This document shows positions 10,522 through 22,504 of a stretch of 64,000 nucleotides of DNA, piece after piece. Position 1 is the stretch's first letter, and every line of letters starts with the position of its first letter. The translations under genes were made by a program, and so were the position numbers. This DNA is from an uncultured Verrucomicrobiae bacterium (lineage in GTDB: Bacteria; Verrucomicrobiota; Verrucomicrobiia; Limisphaerales; Palsa-1400): contig CAVPOM010000005.1 of the NCBI GenBank assembly GCA_963707025.1, forward strand, positions 224,001-288,000, written 5' to 3'. The notes beneath the pieces are model-generated. The model worked only from the letters and a program-made list of their open reading frames with translations, was not told the DNA's origin and ran no database searches.

Positions 10522-13500
10522 TTATTTAACGGACAGGATTTCAGCCGTGCGCAGCGTGACCGGGCCGAGCAAGCCCGACTCCAGCAGCACCGAACCTTTC
10601 GTCCAATGATGCCACGTCGTGAAGGTCAGCCGGCCGGTCGGGCTGGGCTTGCCCTCACGCAACCATTGCGGCCACTCCTTGAGCTGCTGGCCATCCCACT
10701 GGCGATCCGGCGGCGACTGTTCGTCGCCGATCAGCCGGTTCGGCCAGAGGTTCGTGACTTTGACAACCAGGCGGTTCACGCCCGGTCGCGCCGCGGCCGT
10801 GATGTTCACGCGGAACGGCGGTTTCCACAATACACCGGAGTCCTGCCCGTTCAGGGAAACCTCGGCAAAATTCTTCACCGCGCCGAGGTCAAGCCAGAGT
10901 TCACGTCCGGCATTCAATCGTTGGGCGGAGATATCAATTTCCTTTTTGTAAGTGGCCGTGCCGGAAAAATAGCGCACGCCGGCATTCGGGTGGCCGGTCC
11001 AGGAAATCAATTTGTCCAGAGTGACCGAGGGCGGCGCGCCCCAGTTGGGCGGAAACCCCAAATTCCATTCGCCGGTTATTGCCTGTGGTGCCGGCACGTC
11101 CGCCGCATCCCCGTGCAATACTTTTCCACCCGCGGTGCGGATTTCAACTTGGCCGTTGACCCACCCTTTCACGACGGGCGAGCCGTCAGCGGCAACCCTC
11201 GTTTCCCATGATGGCGGTTGTCCGGAGGTCGCCGGCAACGGAAGCGGAAGCGTTTCGTTTTCGTGCGCGGTCGCGTGGCCGGCCTTGCCGTCGAGAGCGT
11301 AGTCCACGCGTAATTCTTTTTCGTGATTCGCCGCCGGGTCGCGGCCCATGAGATCGTTGCTGGCAACTATTGGCTGACCGTCGCGCACCAGTTCGGAAAC
11401 TTTCTCAGTGACATCCATGCCGCCCGCGCCGTCAATGGCAGTATAAACCGCGTGCTGAATTTCCAACTTCGGAGAAGCTGTCGCTTCGACGGAAAATTTG
11501 CCACTGGCGGCGACGATGTGATCAGCGTTTTCAACCGCACGTCGAAAGATAACGAATACCGACCCGGCGGGATCAAAATTCAAACGCACGGTGGTGCGTT
11601 CGTCTTGCCCACTCCAGACTGGCGCAGGCTCGATCGAGCCAGTGTCGGGATGCCAGAGTTCTGGAATCCTTCCGCTGACGCGAAAGGTGCAGTCGGCGGA
11701 ATCAAACTGCCGCCGCTGGTTGGATACAAAATAAATGTCCGCCTCGCCGGCCGCCCGGTGGACAAACGCGAGGCGTGAGCTTTTTGCCGCGCCGACAAAT
11801 TCAAAATCCGGTTTTAAATTCTGAGCGGCGAAAACTTCGGCGAGTGGTTTGCCCCAGACCACACGGCCCAGACCGTCGGAGTTTTCGAGAACATTCGTGC
11901 CATCGCACTTGTCCCAAAGTTCGTCGGCGAGTTTCTTTACCTGCGTGTCACAATTCGGAAAATCAGCCAGGCTCGGCGAGTGTTGCGGGCGCGCGCCGAC
12001 GACCGTCGCCCCGGCCCGCACCAGTTGGCGGAGGCATTCCAGCATGGGCGGTGTCAGGTTCGCATCTTCGGGCGGCAGGATCAGCACGGCGTAATTTGCA
12101 CCGCTGGCCAATGTGATACGCCCATTTTTCACCGTCGCGCCGTGCAGCAACACGCCGGCATTGACGGCGTCGTAATCGTAGCCAAAAGGCAGCAAGGGGT
12201 GGCCAGCGCGCATTTCCACCGGCGCGCTTTCGCCGCTAAAATACGCGGCGTCCGCCACAGCCCGACCCTGTTGCAGAAGAAATTGGCAATGCGAAATGTA
12301 ATCAATCCACGCTTTCCCTTGCTGCCACCACGTTACGGTGCGCTCGAAGTGAAACCCGAATGGGCCCATCGTCATGCCCGGCCAGCGGTTTGTCCACGGC
12401 TGCATCGCATAACGATGGAAGATGTAGCGGTTCAAACCCTGGCAAAACATCGAGTCACCGAGCGTCTTGAGCGAATAGGGATCATTCTGCCAGCGCCCGT
12501 TTTCGGGCCCCGCCGTGAACGACTCCGCGCCGACAATGGACTTGCCGTAAATGTGCGCGACCGACGCGGCGAGCTTGACGGAAGGATGGCCCTGACTGCC
12601 GCTCCAAAACTCGCCCATGACCACATCCGCGGGCGCGCCGCATTGCAGGGATTCGAACGGCCCGGTATAAGGTTCCACCGCACTCAGCAAACCGTGCTGG
12701 CGGCAGAGTTCGGCGAAATGGCTGTAATAATTCTCCGCGAACAAATCGGCAATGGTGCGGCGCATGTCCCAGAGAAACCGCTCGGTGGCCGCCGGATTGT
12801 CCACGACGCGGCGGGTAAATGCCGGCAGGAACTTCAGCGGATCGTAACCGCGGCGTTTTTGAAATTCCTCGCGGAAGTTCGCCGTCCAGTCCTGGCCGCC
12901 GACTTCGTAGCTGTCAATCAGAGAACTGTCGAGCGCCTTGCCGGCGAGCGGGCCGATGTCGTCAAGGACTTTCTGCATGAAACCTGCCCAATGCGCGTCG
13001 AGCGCGGCCTTGCTGAACTTGTCGCACTCCAAGCCCGTGCCTTCCGCAGGCGCGGGATGATTTTCCACGCCGGTCGGCGTATAGCCGAGACGGAGGATGA
13101 TCCAACTGCCCTGCGGAAGGTCCCACCGGAGCCGGCCGCCAGCCGCAAGGTTCGCCGTCAAATCCAGCATACCGTCGCGCGGAATGGTTCCGCCGTCGCC
13201 GTCGGCAGTAGCTGGCGGCAGTTGGACGAACGTGCGATTCAGCGAAGTTCTTCCGGGCGACCGGGCCGCAGCCAGTTGGCTCGCGTTGATGGGGAAGACG
13301 AGCGTCTCGCCTTCGTCTGCTGTCGCGGAGCCGGATTTTCCGTCGAGCGTGAATTCGACGTGCAATTGTTTGACTTGGCCAGAGGCCGGATCGCCGCCCA
13401 TTTCGTTGTTGCCGACGACGATTGACTTTTGACCGCTCTTGACCAGGGCAACCAGTTTGGCCGTCACGTCCGCGGAGCTGCCACCACCCTCCGGCCCGTA

Positions 13501-14088
13501 AACAGCGCGCTTGATTTCCAGCTTCCCCGCCGCTGGCACGGGGCTGGAAGAGGTATGCACTTCGGCCGAGGGAGCCTTGAAGGCGAGCACAGCGATGTCG
13601 CGGTAAAAACCGCGCGTGGTCGGCGGTTGTGGCAGAACGGCGTCGAAGACGCCGGGTCCCTGGGCGCGCGTCTCGCTCGAGGTGAGGCGTTGCATGGCAT
13701 TGGTCACAGTGTTCCACGGACCGCCGCTGCTGGACCAGCCGGCACAGTTTTCCACGCAGAGTTTCAGGCCCAGCCGATTCGCCTCCTGCACGGCAAACTT
13801 AAAATCCTCCCGCCATGCCACGCTCATGAAGGGCACGTTGCCGCGCGGAATACCGCAGTCCACATTGACAATCGTCGCGCCGCCCAGGCCAATCTGTTTC
13901 ATCGCTTCGAGGTCGGCGGTGATTCCCTCCTTGGTGATGTTGCCATTCATCCAATGCCACCATGTCTGCGGTTTGGCGGAATCGGGCGGGTTGTGAAAGT
14001 CATTCTCCAGCGAATCGGTGGATGCAGCGGAAGCGGCGAGAGCCAGGCACAGCCAAATGGCGGGAAACAAGCTACAAGGAGGTTTCAT
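10522..14088 (-). CDS. Secreted GH106-like glycoside hydrolase (putative alpha-L-rhamnosidase) with two inserted lectin-like modules
   Basis: Signal peptide; PPDSAKPQTWWHWMNGN, GWSSSGGPW, DSYE, AESFT, VTNLWPNRLIGD, SGLLGPV. Confidence 0.85.
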   Translation of the reverse strand: MKPPCSLFPAIWLCLALAASAASTDSLENDFHNPPDSAKPQTWWHWMNGNITKEGITADLEAMKQIGLGGATIVNVDCGIPRGNVPFMSVAWREDFKFAVQEANRLGLKLCVENCAGWSSSGGPWNTVTNAMQRLTSSETRAQGPGVFDAVLPQPPTTRGFYRDIAVLAFKAPSAEVHTSSSPVPAAGKLEIKRAVYGPEGGGSSADVTAKLVALVKSGQKSIVVGNNEMGGDPASGQVKQLHVEFTLDGKSGSATADEGETLVFPINASQLAAARSPGRTSLNRTFVQLPPATADGDGGTIPRDGMLDLTANLAAGGRLRWDLPQGSWIILRLGYTPTGVENHPAPAEGTGLECDKFSKAALDAHWAGFMQKVLDDIGPLAGKALDSSLIDSYEVGGQDWTANFREEFQKRRGYDPLKFLPAFTRRVVDNPAATERFLWDMRRTIADLFAENYYSHFAELCRQHGLLSAVEPYTGPFESLQCGAPADVVMGEFWSGSQGHPSVKLAASVAHIYGKSIVGAESFTAGPENGRWQNDPYSLKTLGDSMFCQGLNRYIFHRYAMQPWTNRWPGMTMGPFGFHFERTVTWWQQGKAWIDYISHCQFLLQQGRAVADAAYFSGESAPVEMRAGHPLLPFGYDYDAVNAGVLLHGATVKNGRITLASGANYAVLILPPEDANLTPPMLECLRQLVRAGATVVGARPQHSPSLADFPNCDTQVKKLADELWDKCDGTNVLENSDGLGRVVWGKPLAEVFAAQNLKPDFEFVGAAKSSRLAFVHRAAGEADIYFVSNQRRQFDSADCTFRVSGRIPELWHPDTGSIEPAPVWSGQDERTTVRLNFDPAGSVFVIFRRAVENADHIVAASGKFSVEATASPKLEIQHAVYTAIDGAGGMDVTEKVSELVRDGQPIVASNDLMGRDPAANHEKELRVDYALDGKAGHATAHENETLPLPLPATSGQPPSWETRVAADGSPVVKGWVNGQVEIRTAGGKVLHGDAADVPAPQAITGEWNLGFPPNWGAPPSVTLDKLISWTGHPNAGVRYFSGTATYKKEIDISAQRLNAGRELWLDLGAVKNFAEVSLNGQDSGVLWKPPFRVNITAAARPGVNRLVVKVTNLWPNRLIGDEQSPPDRQWDGQQLKEWPQWLREGKPSPTGRLTFTTWHHWTKGSVLLESGLLGPVTLRTAEILSVK

Positions 14089-14529
14089 ATTATTGCTTTG
14101 AAAGACATTTGCGCAGTTTGTGGGTTAGCCGTTCAACCGACAAGCGCCAAAACTGCATTTGGGCTTGATGATTACACAGTACGTCGCCGCGGCCTGCTGC
14201 AACGAGTTGATCGGATTGTCGGTTCCGGCCAGCGTGGCCAACATTCCTACCAGCGCGGGTGAAGCCATCGCCGCCGCCACCAGCACTGCGGCAGAATTGC
14301 TGGGATTGGGCGGTCTCGGACGCATCGCTCTATCTTTTCGCGCCGACCTCTTGCTTGTGCGGCATCGGGATGAACGGTTGCTCGGCTTCGAATTCGACGG
14401 CAATCCCGTAGATTGGTCATCTGCGCGGGTCGCGTGGCGCATGCATGGCAGGATGCGGAGGATCGAAGGGCCACGTTTTTGATGAGGGAACAAACATAAA
14501 ACACGACCAGCAACCCACGAGGGAACCGT

Positions 14530-14559
14530 GACGAGGATTCGATTCCCTTCGCCCGCTCA
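14530..14559 (+). repeat. Degenerate tRNA-Gly-like 3' fragment (att remnant)
   Basis: gacgaggattcgattcccttcgcccgctca resembles a T-arm plus acceptor 3' strand. There is no 5' half, and an AT-rich tract follows. Confidence 0.55.
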
Positions 14560-14759
14560 GATAGATATAAAGGCTTTACAATTAGACAGTTAAGAAATAC
14601 TGCCAGCCTGAAGAACCTCTTACTGCTAACACATCCACCCTAATTCAAGCCCTTCCAACGTTGTCCGCGTCTGTTTCTCAGGCCGGCTGAGGCGTAAACC
14701 AGGCGTGGGTTGGCAAACTCACCGCGCCCGCGGATTCGGTGGGACCCAGGTTTGGTTCC

Positions 14760-14964
14760 AATAGAGAGTATTTTGTTGATTCAGGGACGCTACGATTTGC
14801 TCGTGGAGGCAGAACAAACTGAGGTACTCTGGCAAAAATGGAAGCAGCCGGAAATCTGGCGGTTGCCGCACGGCCACATCAGTTGGATGCTCGCACCGGG
14901 TGTAACCAGTCGCGTGCTACGCTGGCTAACGCCACGATTGGAAGCGCCTGCCGTTCAGGCGTGA
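14760..14964 (+). pseudogene. C-terminal fragment of an alpha/beta hydrolase
   Basis: ILLIQGRYD...IWRLPHGH (acid and His region); N-terminal part absent. Confidence 0.5.
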
Positions 14965-15662
14965 CCAAACGACGCTGCCAGGCAATGCCGAGTCATAGAA
15001 ACAAAACATGGGTGATTCCTTCGGCTTTCGAGGGAATCAACCCTTGAACCCGGCATAATCATTCACACGGCAATGGGATATTTCCATGAGGATGTTCCAA
15101 TGAACACCCCATTGGCCGCACGCCGGGCCAGCTTCTCCCGGAGTTTTTCACGTTCAAACTGCATTGGCCTCTACTTGACGAGAATGCCGAGTGGGGCCTT
15201 TTCGTTCAAGTGCGACGTTTCACGTGAGATGAATTATATGGCCCAGGCCGCCACATTGCTCCCGACGAAAGGCAATGCAGCTTCTATTGTGACCCCTACG
15301 ATGGCGATGGTCCCAATCAATTCGACCGCTTTGAAGGACTTTGATCGCGGGCAGGATGGCATCGTGGGGGGACCTCTTGGAGGGGATTCTTTGACGCAAT
15401 TTCGGCGGGTGGCAACGTTTCTTGAGGGTCTGGAAGAAGGTGGAAAATGAGATATTCCCCTTGACCTGTCGGGGTCCCTCGGCCCAAGCCGCACAAAAAT
15501 TGCCGTGGACGCCCCGGCTCGCGCTCTGGTAATATCGCCCCATGCTTGGCGAGTTTGAAGACCAATTCTGGCTCACCCGCGCAGCGCTGAGTAGGTGTGG
15601 CGCGCAAAAACAATTCCAATTGGTAATAACGGGGGAACCGGTATTCTCCACAGGAGACACAA

Positions 15663-18600
15663 ATGCGACTGATCAATAGGCCGGCGCGTCTCGGATGGTT
15701 GGCGCTGCCGGTCGCCCTACTATGGGCATGGGCTCTTCTCGGACAGAACGCCGCCGATCCGCTGCTCCAGGGCTTCGAGAATGCGCCGGACAGCGCAAAG
15801 CCGCGAGTCTGGTGGCACTGGATGAGCGGTAACGTCACGAAAGAGGGGATCAAGCTCGATTTCGAATGGTTTAAGCGCGTCGGCATCGGCGGTTTCCAGA
15901 ATTTCGATGCCGGGCTGAACTCGCCGCAAATCGTCGAGAAGCGGCTCGTCTATATGACGCCAGAGTGGAAGGACGCCTTCAAATACGCCGCCACCCTTGC
16001 CGACCAGATGGGACTGGAAATGGCCATCGCGAGTTCTCCCGGATGGAGCGAGAGCGGTGGTCCGTGGGTCCCGCCTGCCCAAGCCATGAAGAAGTACGTG
16101 TGGAGCGAAACTCGCGTAGAGGGTGGACGACCGTTCTCCGGCGCTCTGCCCAAGCCGCCGTCGGCGACCGGGGCATATCAGAACCAGGGCAGCGGCGGGC
16201 GCGGTGGCAGGGGAGGCGCAGGGGGCCCTCCACCGGAGTTTTACGCTGACGCGGCGGTGGTTGCGTACCGCGCGCCTGATAACGACCGCTCGATGAGCGA
16301 ACTGCAAGCCAAAGTGACCTCCAGCGGCGGGACCTTTGATGTCGCTGCCCTTACCAGCGGGGACGCCGCGAACGGCACGTTGCTTCCGGCGGGGACCAAC
16401 GGCGAGCCCGCCTGGATTCAGTACCGAGTTTCCGCAGCCCCAAACGTTCCGAGGCCTGACCTTTATCACCGGCGGCGGGGGCGGCAGGCGCGGCGGGTTC
16501 GGTGGCGGGCGCGGCGGCGGCGGGGGGGGCAATCAGCGACTCGAGGCGAGCGATGACGGCCAGCAGTTCCACACGGTCGCGCCCGTCGGCGCGGGGCGCA
16601 CCACCTCGTTTCCGGCTGCCACGGGCCGTTTCTTCCGGGTCACGATCGGAGGGCAAGGACAAGGCGGACGGCCAGGTGGCCGAGCTCAAGCCCAAGGCGC
16701 GGCAGCCACGGCCGGAACCCAAATCGCCGAGTTCGTATTGCACAACGCAGTCGTGAACCGGTTCCAGGAAAAAGCTGCGTTCTCGTCGCCTACCGGTATC
16801 TATGCCCTGGCGACTCTGGATGTGCCCGCGTCAGACGTGGTTCATCGGGCCGATGTAGTTGATCTGACCTCGAAAATGAGGCCGGATGGCACGCTCGACT
16901 GGACGCCGCCGGCCGGGCGCTGGGTTGTGGTCCGCATCGGCTACTCGCTCACGGGCCATCAGAACTCCCCGGCGTCGCCGGAAGCGACGGGCTTGGAGGT
17001 TGATAAGCTGAGCGCGGCTTACGTCAGAAACTACTTTAAAAACTATTTGGACCAGTACAAGGACGCCACCGGCGGGCTGATGGGCCAGCGCGGGCTGGAA
17101 TACATGGTCACCGACAGTTGGGAAGCCGGCACGGCGAACTGGACCGACAACATGATCGCCGAATTCTCCAAACATCGCGGCTACGATATGACGCCGTGGC
17201 TGCCGGCCCTCGCGGGTCATGTGGTGGAGAGCGCGGCGGACACGGATCGCTTCCTCTGGGATTTCCGCAAGACACTGTGCGACCTGGTGGCTGAGAACTA
17301 CTATGACCAGCTCACGCAGATCCTGAAGGAGCGCGGCATGAGGGGCCGTTACAGCGAGTCGCACGAGAGCGGCCGCGCGCTTATCGCGGATGGGATGGAT
17401 GTGAAGCGCAAGGCCGCCGTGCCCATGAGCGCGATGTGGACCGCCGGGCCAGGGAGGGCCCAGGTGCGTTACGAGGCGGATGTGCGCGAATCCGCCTCGG
17501 TCGCTCATATCTACGGGCAGAACCTGGTGGCCGCCGAGTCCATGACGGCGAGCCAAGGCGTCGGCAGCTCGTGGGCGTTCTCGCCTGAAACGCTGAAACC
17601 AACGGCGGACCGCGAGCTCTCGTGCGGTCTGAATCGGTTCGTGATCCACTGTTCGGTTCACCAGTCGGTTGATGACAAAATCCCCGGCCTCAGCCTGGGC
17701 CCATACGGCCAGTGGTTTACCCGCCACGAAACGTGGGCCGAATACGCCAAACCCTGGATGACGTACCTGGCGCGTAGTTCCTACCTGCTCCAGCAGGGCA
17801 AATTCGTGGCGGACGTGGTCTATTACTACGGCGAGGACTCCAACATCACGGGCATGTTCAGCGGCAATCCGCCGCCAATTCCCGCCGGCTATAACTTCGA
17901 TTACATCAACTCGGACGCTCTCCTGAGGCTTCTCTCGGCGTCCCCCAGCGGGACGCTGACGACGCCGTCCGGCATGAGCTACCGCGTATTGGCGCTCGAT
18001 CCGAACAGCCAGCACATGCCCTTGGCGGTGCTGCGCAAAATCCGAGATTTGGTGGAAGCCGGCGCTGTGGTAGTCGGCCCCAAGCCGATTGATTCGCCGA
18101 GCCTTTCGGATGATCAGGCGCAATTCAAGACGATCGCCGACCAGCTTTGGGACGGAAATGCCGGAAAAGGCAAGGTGTTCGGGAGCGGCACGATCGGCGA
18201 CGCCTTGAATGCACTCAAAGTCGCGGCCGATTTCGAGTATACCAAGCCGCAGCAGGTTACCGAACTGGCCTTCGTCCACCGCAAAGTGATTGATGGCGAT
18301 TTCTACTGGGTGAGCCATCGCAACGCCGCCACCGAAGACGTGGAAGCGTCCTTCCGTGTCACCGGCAAGGCGCCGGAACTCTGGCACGCCGATAGCGGTG
18401 TGGTGGAAACCGCGTCCTATCACACGGAGAACGGCCGGACCATCGTTCCGCTGCACCTGGAGCCGAACGACGCCGTGTTCGTGGTGTTCCGCGGGGCCGC
18501 GGTCGCGCCGTCGCGGACGATCGCAATGCCGGTCGAGACGAAGCTTGCCTCGATTGAAGGCTCGTGGGATTTGGCGTTTCAGGCGGAGCGCGGCGCCCCG

Positions 18601-19032
18601 GCGAAGATCACCCTGCCCGCGTTGGTTTCGTGGGACCAGAACTCCGATACTGGAGTGAAGTACTTCTCCGGGACAGGCACCTATACGAAGATCGTGCAGG
18701 CCCCGGCCGATTGGTTCCAGACGGGCGCCAAGCTGATCATGGATCTGGGCGACGTGAAGAACGTCGCGGACGTGACGGTGAATGGCAAGTCGCTGGGCAT
18801 TATCTGGAAGGCGCCGTTCCGCGTGGACGTAACCTCCGCGCTGAAGCCCGGCGAGAACACGCTGGAAATTAAGGTGACGGACCTTTGGGTCAACCGGCTC
18901 ATCGGGGACCAGCAGCCCAACGTCACCCAGAAGATCACGTGGACGGCGTCGTCGCCTTATCGAGCTGATTCACGGCTACTGCCCTCCGGCCTGATCGGCC
19001 CGGTTCAGGTAATCAGGTTGGAAACCCGGTAA
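15663..19032 (+). CDS. Second secreted GH106-like glycoside hydrolase (frameshift near 16425)
   Basis: APDSAKPRVWWHWMSGN and PGWSESGGPW in ORF 15663; DSWE, AAESMT, DLWVNRLIGD, SGLIGPV in ORF 16336; joined by removing one C (IQY-EFPQ). Confidence 0.85.
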
Positions 19033-19601
19033 TCGGAACCCCGCGGCGCGCACCTCTGCGTGCGGGGATGTGGTGGGCGACGAGTGGGCTGTGAACGACC
19101 GGTGCGATCCATTGCATACGAGACGATCAACTATACGAGCACAACGCGGAGAAGGATTTCGGACAGCGCTTGGAAGCCTCAGAAGACCGACAAGGTGTCC
19201 GCCGTCACAGCGCAGACGAACATCACAGCCTTTACCGGTCGCATTTCGGCGTGGTTCGAAAAGCTGCCGGCGGCATTCACCTGTTCAGCGGCGACCGGGC
19301 AGGGCCGCCCAGAGTTGCTCGGGGTAATCGAAGACGAGATGACCGCAATAGACACCGCGGCAAACCGGTCAGGGGCGCCTCCCGAAAGTTCACCAAACCT
19401 AAGCTTGGAAGCCACGCGGTCGGGAAAACCGAAAACGGCGTCCCGACCTCAACCGCCCTTGGTGAGCCCGTGGCTATCAGATCGAGTTGATGGGGAAATC
19501 TGGCGGGTCCGCTATTCGTCGGAACCAAGTGTCCAGTCGTGAAAGGGAACCGATTTAAACTTCCCGATGGCCGAAGCGCTGGCATGGCCCACGCGCGCAA
19601 T

Positions 19602-20504
19602 TCAAGGGCCAGGCGCATTAGTTCCAGAATTCGAGTGGGTGAGCATCCCAAAGAGCGCCCGCGCAAACAGAATATGGCCGGAGTTGGAAAAGTGCAGGCC
19701 GTCCACCGTTGCGCCAGGCGTGCTCATTACGTCAGCCATGAAGCGTTTGGGAATCAGAATCACACCGTGTTCCTTGGCCAGAGCGCGCTGCACCATGCCG
19801 TAACGGTTGTAAAATGGCGGCAACGGCAGCTCAACCATCGCCACGATTCGGCGTGGACCACAAGCCAGGGCCATCAATTTCTCCAGGCCCTCCCGGAACT
19901 TGGGAATGCTGGTCCCACTCAGCAGATCGTTTCCTCCAATTTCAAGTATCACAAGCGCATCCTCTTGATTGATGCGCCGGGCGCCGACCAACGCGTCTTC
20001 CACCTTCGCGCCGCCGGCGGAGAAGCTCCGCACTTTGAGCTTCGCTGAGTCACCCAGCAACTGCGGCCAGTTCTTGCCCGGCGGGTCTGCTCCTATGCTG
20101 ATTGAATCGCCCAGCACAAAAAGCGTTTCGCTCTTGCCGAGCGGGATCGTCGGGGCGGTGGCATAACGAATCTCCATTCCGGCCATCAGAAAGCTCTGCG
20201 CAGCCAGTAGAAGCAGGGGCCGGAGATAAACACGCCTTTCGCTCGGCTTCCCCGGTTTGCCGAGGCGGAAAACGGTCCAGGCGAGCAGTGCGAAAAACAC
20301 TCCATACATCCACAGCGAAATCGGGGCGGCGGACAGAACTACCAGCACCACGCCGGTCAGGAGCGTGATTCTCGACAATGAGTGGATCAAGGTTCTATTG
20401 AAAAACAACTTCAGGAGGCACCCCAACAAACACACGGCTATCCCGTAAAAGAACGCCCGTCCGCTGACGAACTGTCCTACCACGAATGTGGTCCAGTCCG
20501 TCAT
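19602..20504 (-). CDS. Membrane-anchored GDSL/SGNH esterase
   Basis: About four N-terminal TM helices; GDSIS, GGND, DGLH. Confidence 0.85.
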   Translation of the reverse strand: MTDWTTFVVGQFVSGRAFFYGIAVCLLGCLLKLFFNRTLIHSLSRITLLTGVVLVVLSAAPISLWMYGVFFALLAWTVFRLGKPGKPSERRVYLRPLLLLAAQSFLMAGMEIRYATAPTIPLGKSETLFVLGDSISIGADPPGKNWPQLLGDSAKLKVRSFSAGGAKVEDALVGARRINQEDALVILEIGGNDLLSGTSIPKFREGLEKLMALACGPRRIVAMVELPLPPFYNRYGMVQRALAKEHGVILIPKRFMADVMSTPGATVDGLHFSNSGHILFARALFGMLTHSNSGTNAPGP

Positions 20505-20613
20505 AGCCACTGCTTTCTTGCCGGAGATAGAACCTCGGAAGGTCTGAAGAAGCAAACCGCGTCTCCGTTCAACAGCAACAGAAAACACGCCGTCAACCGT
20601 ATTTTCATTTTCG

Positions 20614-20975
20614 TCATCGTGGTTGGCCTCCGCTCGATTGGCCGCTTTGTTCGACTCTCAGCTTCTGCATAATTGGTACTGGACCTCTACCGTGCCAGAG
20701 CAAAGCCGCTCGCCGATTCACTGGATCAAACACACAAATCTGGTCATCGCCAAGTTGAAAGAGAACTTTATTGCACGGCAATTGAACAGCGTTTCGGACC
20801 GTCCACGCGCCAAAGGGAGTCTCGTAAGAAAAGCGAACCTGTTCGCCGGTCGCCTTGTCTGAAGCCCGAAGCCCCTCCACCGGCCAAAAGCCTGACTCGA
20901 ATTTCCACTGGTTGTTCGCGGCGCTCCCAAGATTCGGCGCTTCTCCGAAGTTGAACCATGTTCCCTCATGCCGTG
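20614..20975 (-). pseudogene. 3' fragment of a hypothetical protein
   Basis: Protein-like beta-rich C-terminus; upstream sequence switches to an unrelated plus-strand fragment. Confidence 0.35.
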
Positions 20976-21424
20976 GCGGCTCGGCATGGCTGCTGCGCCT
21001 TATGCTCGGCACACTTCTGGTGGTGATGGTGGCCTTTCTTTTCGTGCCTGAGCCTGCCATCGATGCGATGCCCCACCGCAAGCCGGGCAAACTAACGTTT
21101 TGGGGCAACTTTTGGGAGGCCATCACCGCTCACTCTCACCGACCCGCCTATCCGGCGCAGATCGGCGTTTCATCGGAAAAAGAACGGACATCCGTGTAGC
21201 ACGCCTCCACCGCGGGAGAGCTTTCTGCTCTCAGCGAGTGTGTTTAGCGAGGACGCAGCAGATAACGCCTGCTGCTAACACTTCCAACAAGAACCAAGGG
21301 TTTCCAAAGTTGTCAGGATAAGGCTGCCTTTCCAAAAAGATGGATACCAGTCACGCAGGCTTCGCTGGCTGCCGGCCATACATATAGCGCTGGAACAGCG
21401 CGCGCAGCTCGGATCGCTTTGCAT

Positions 21425-22411
<987 letters not shown>

Positions 22412-22504
22412 GTGATTTCCTTTCCATTGTTCAAAATCAGCGGAATTTCGTGCTTTACCCTCTAGCATGGCGAAGCTGCCGGTCAAGGCGCTTGTTTTGA
22501 TGCG

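Noticed and set aside
14530..14559. Functional tRNA gene
   Set aside because: Only the T-arm and 3' acceptor strand are present, with no D or anticodon arm
19060..19560. Several overlapping 78-160 aa ORFs
   Set aside because: No frame gives a recognisable protein; probably debris
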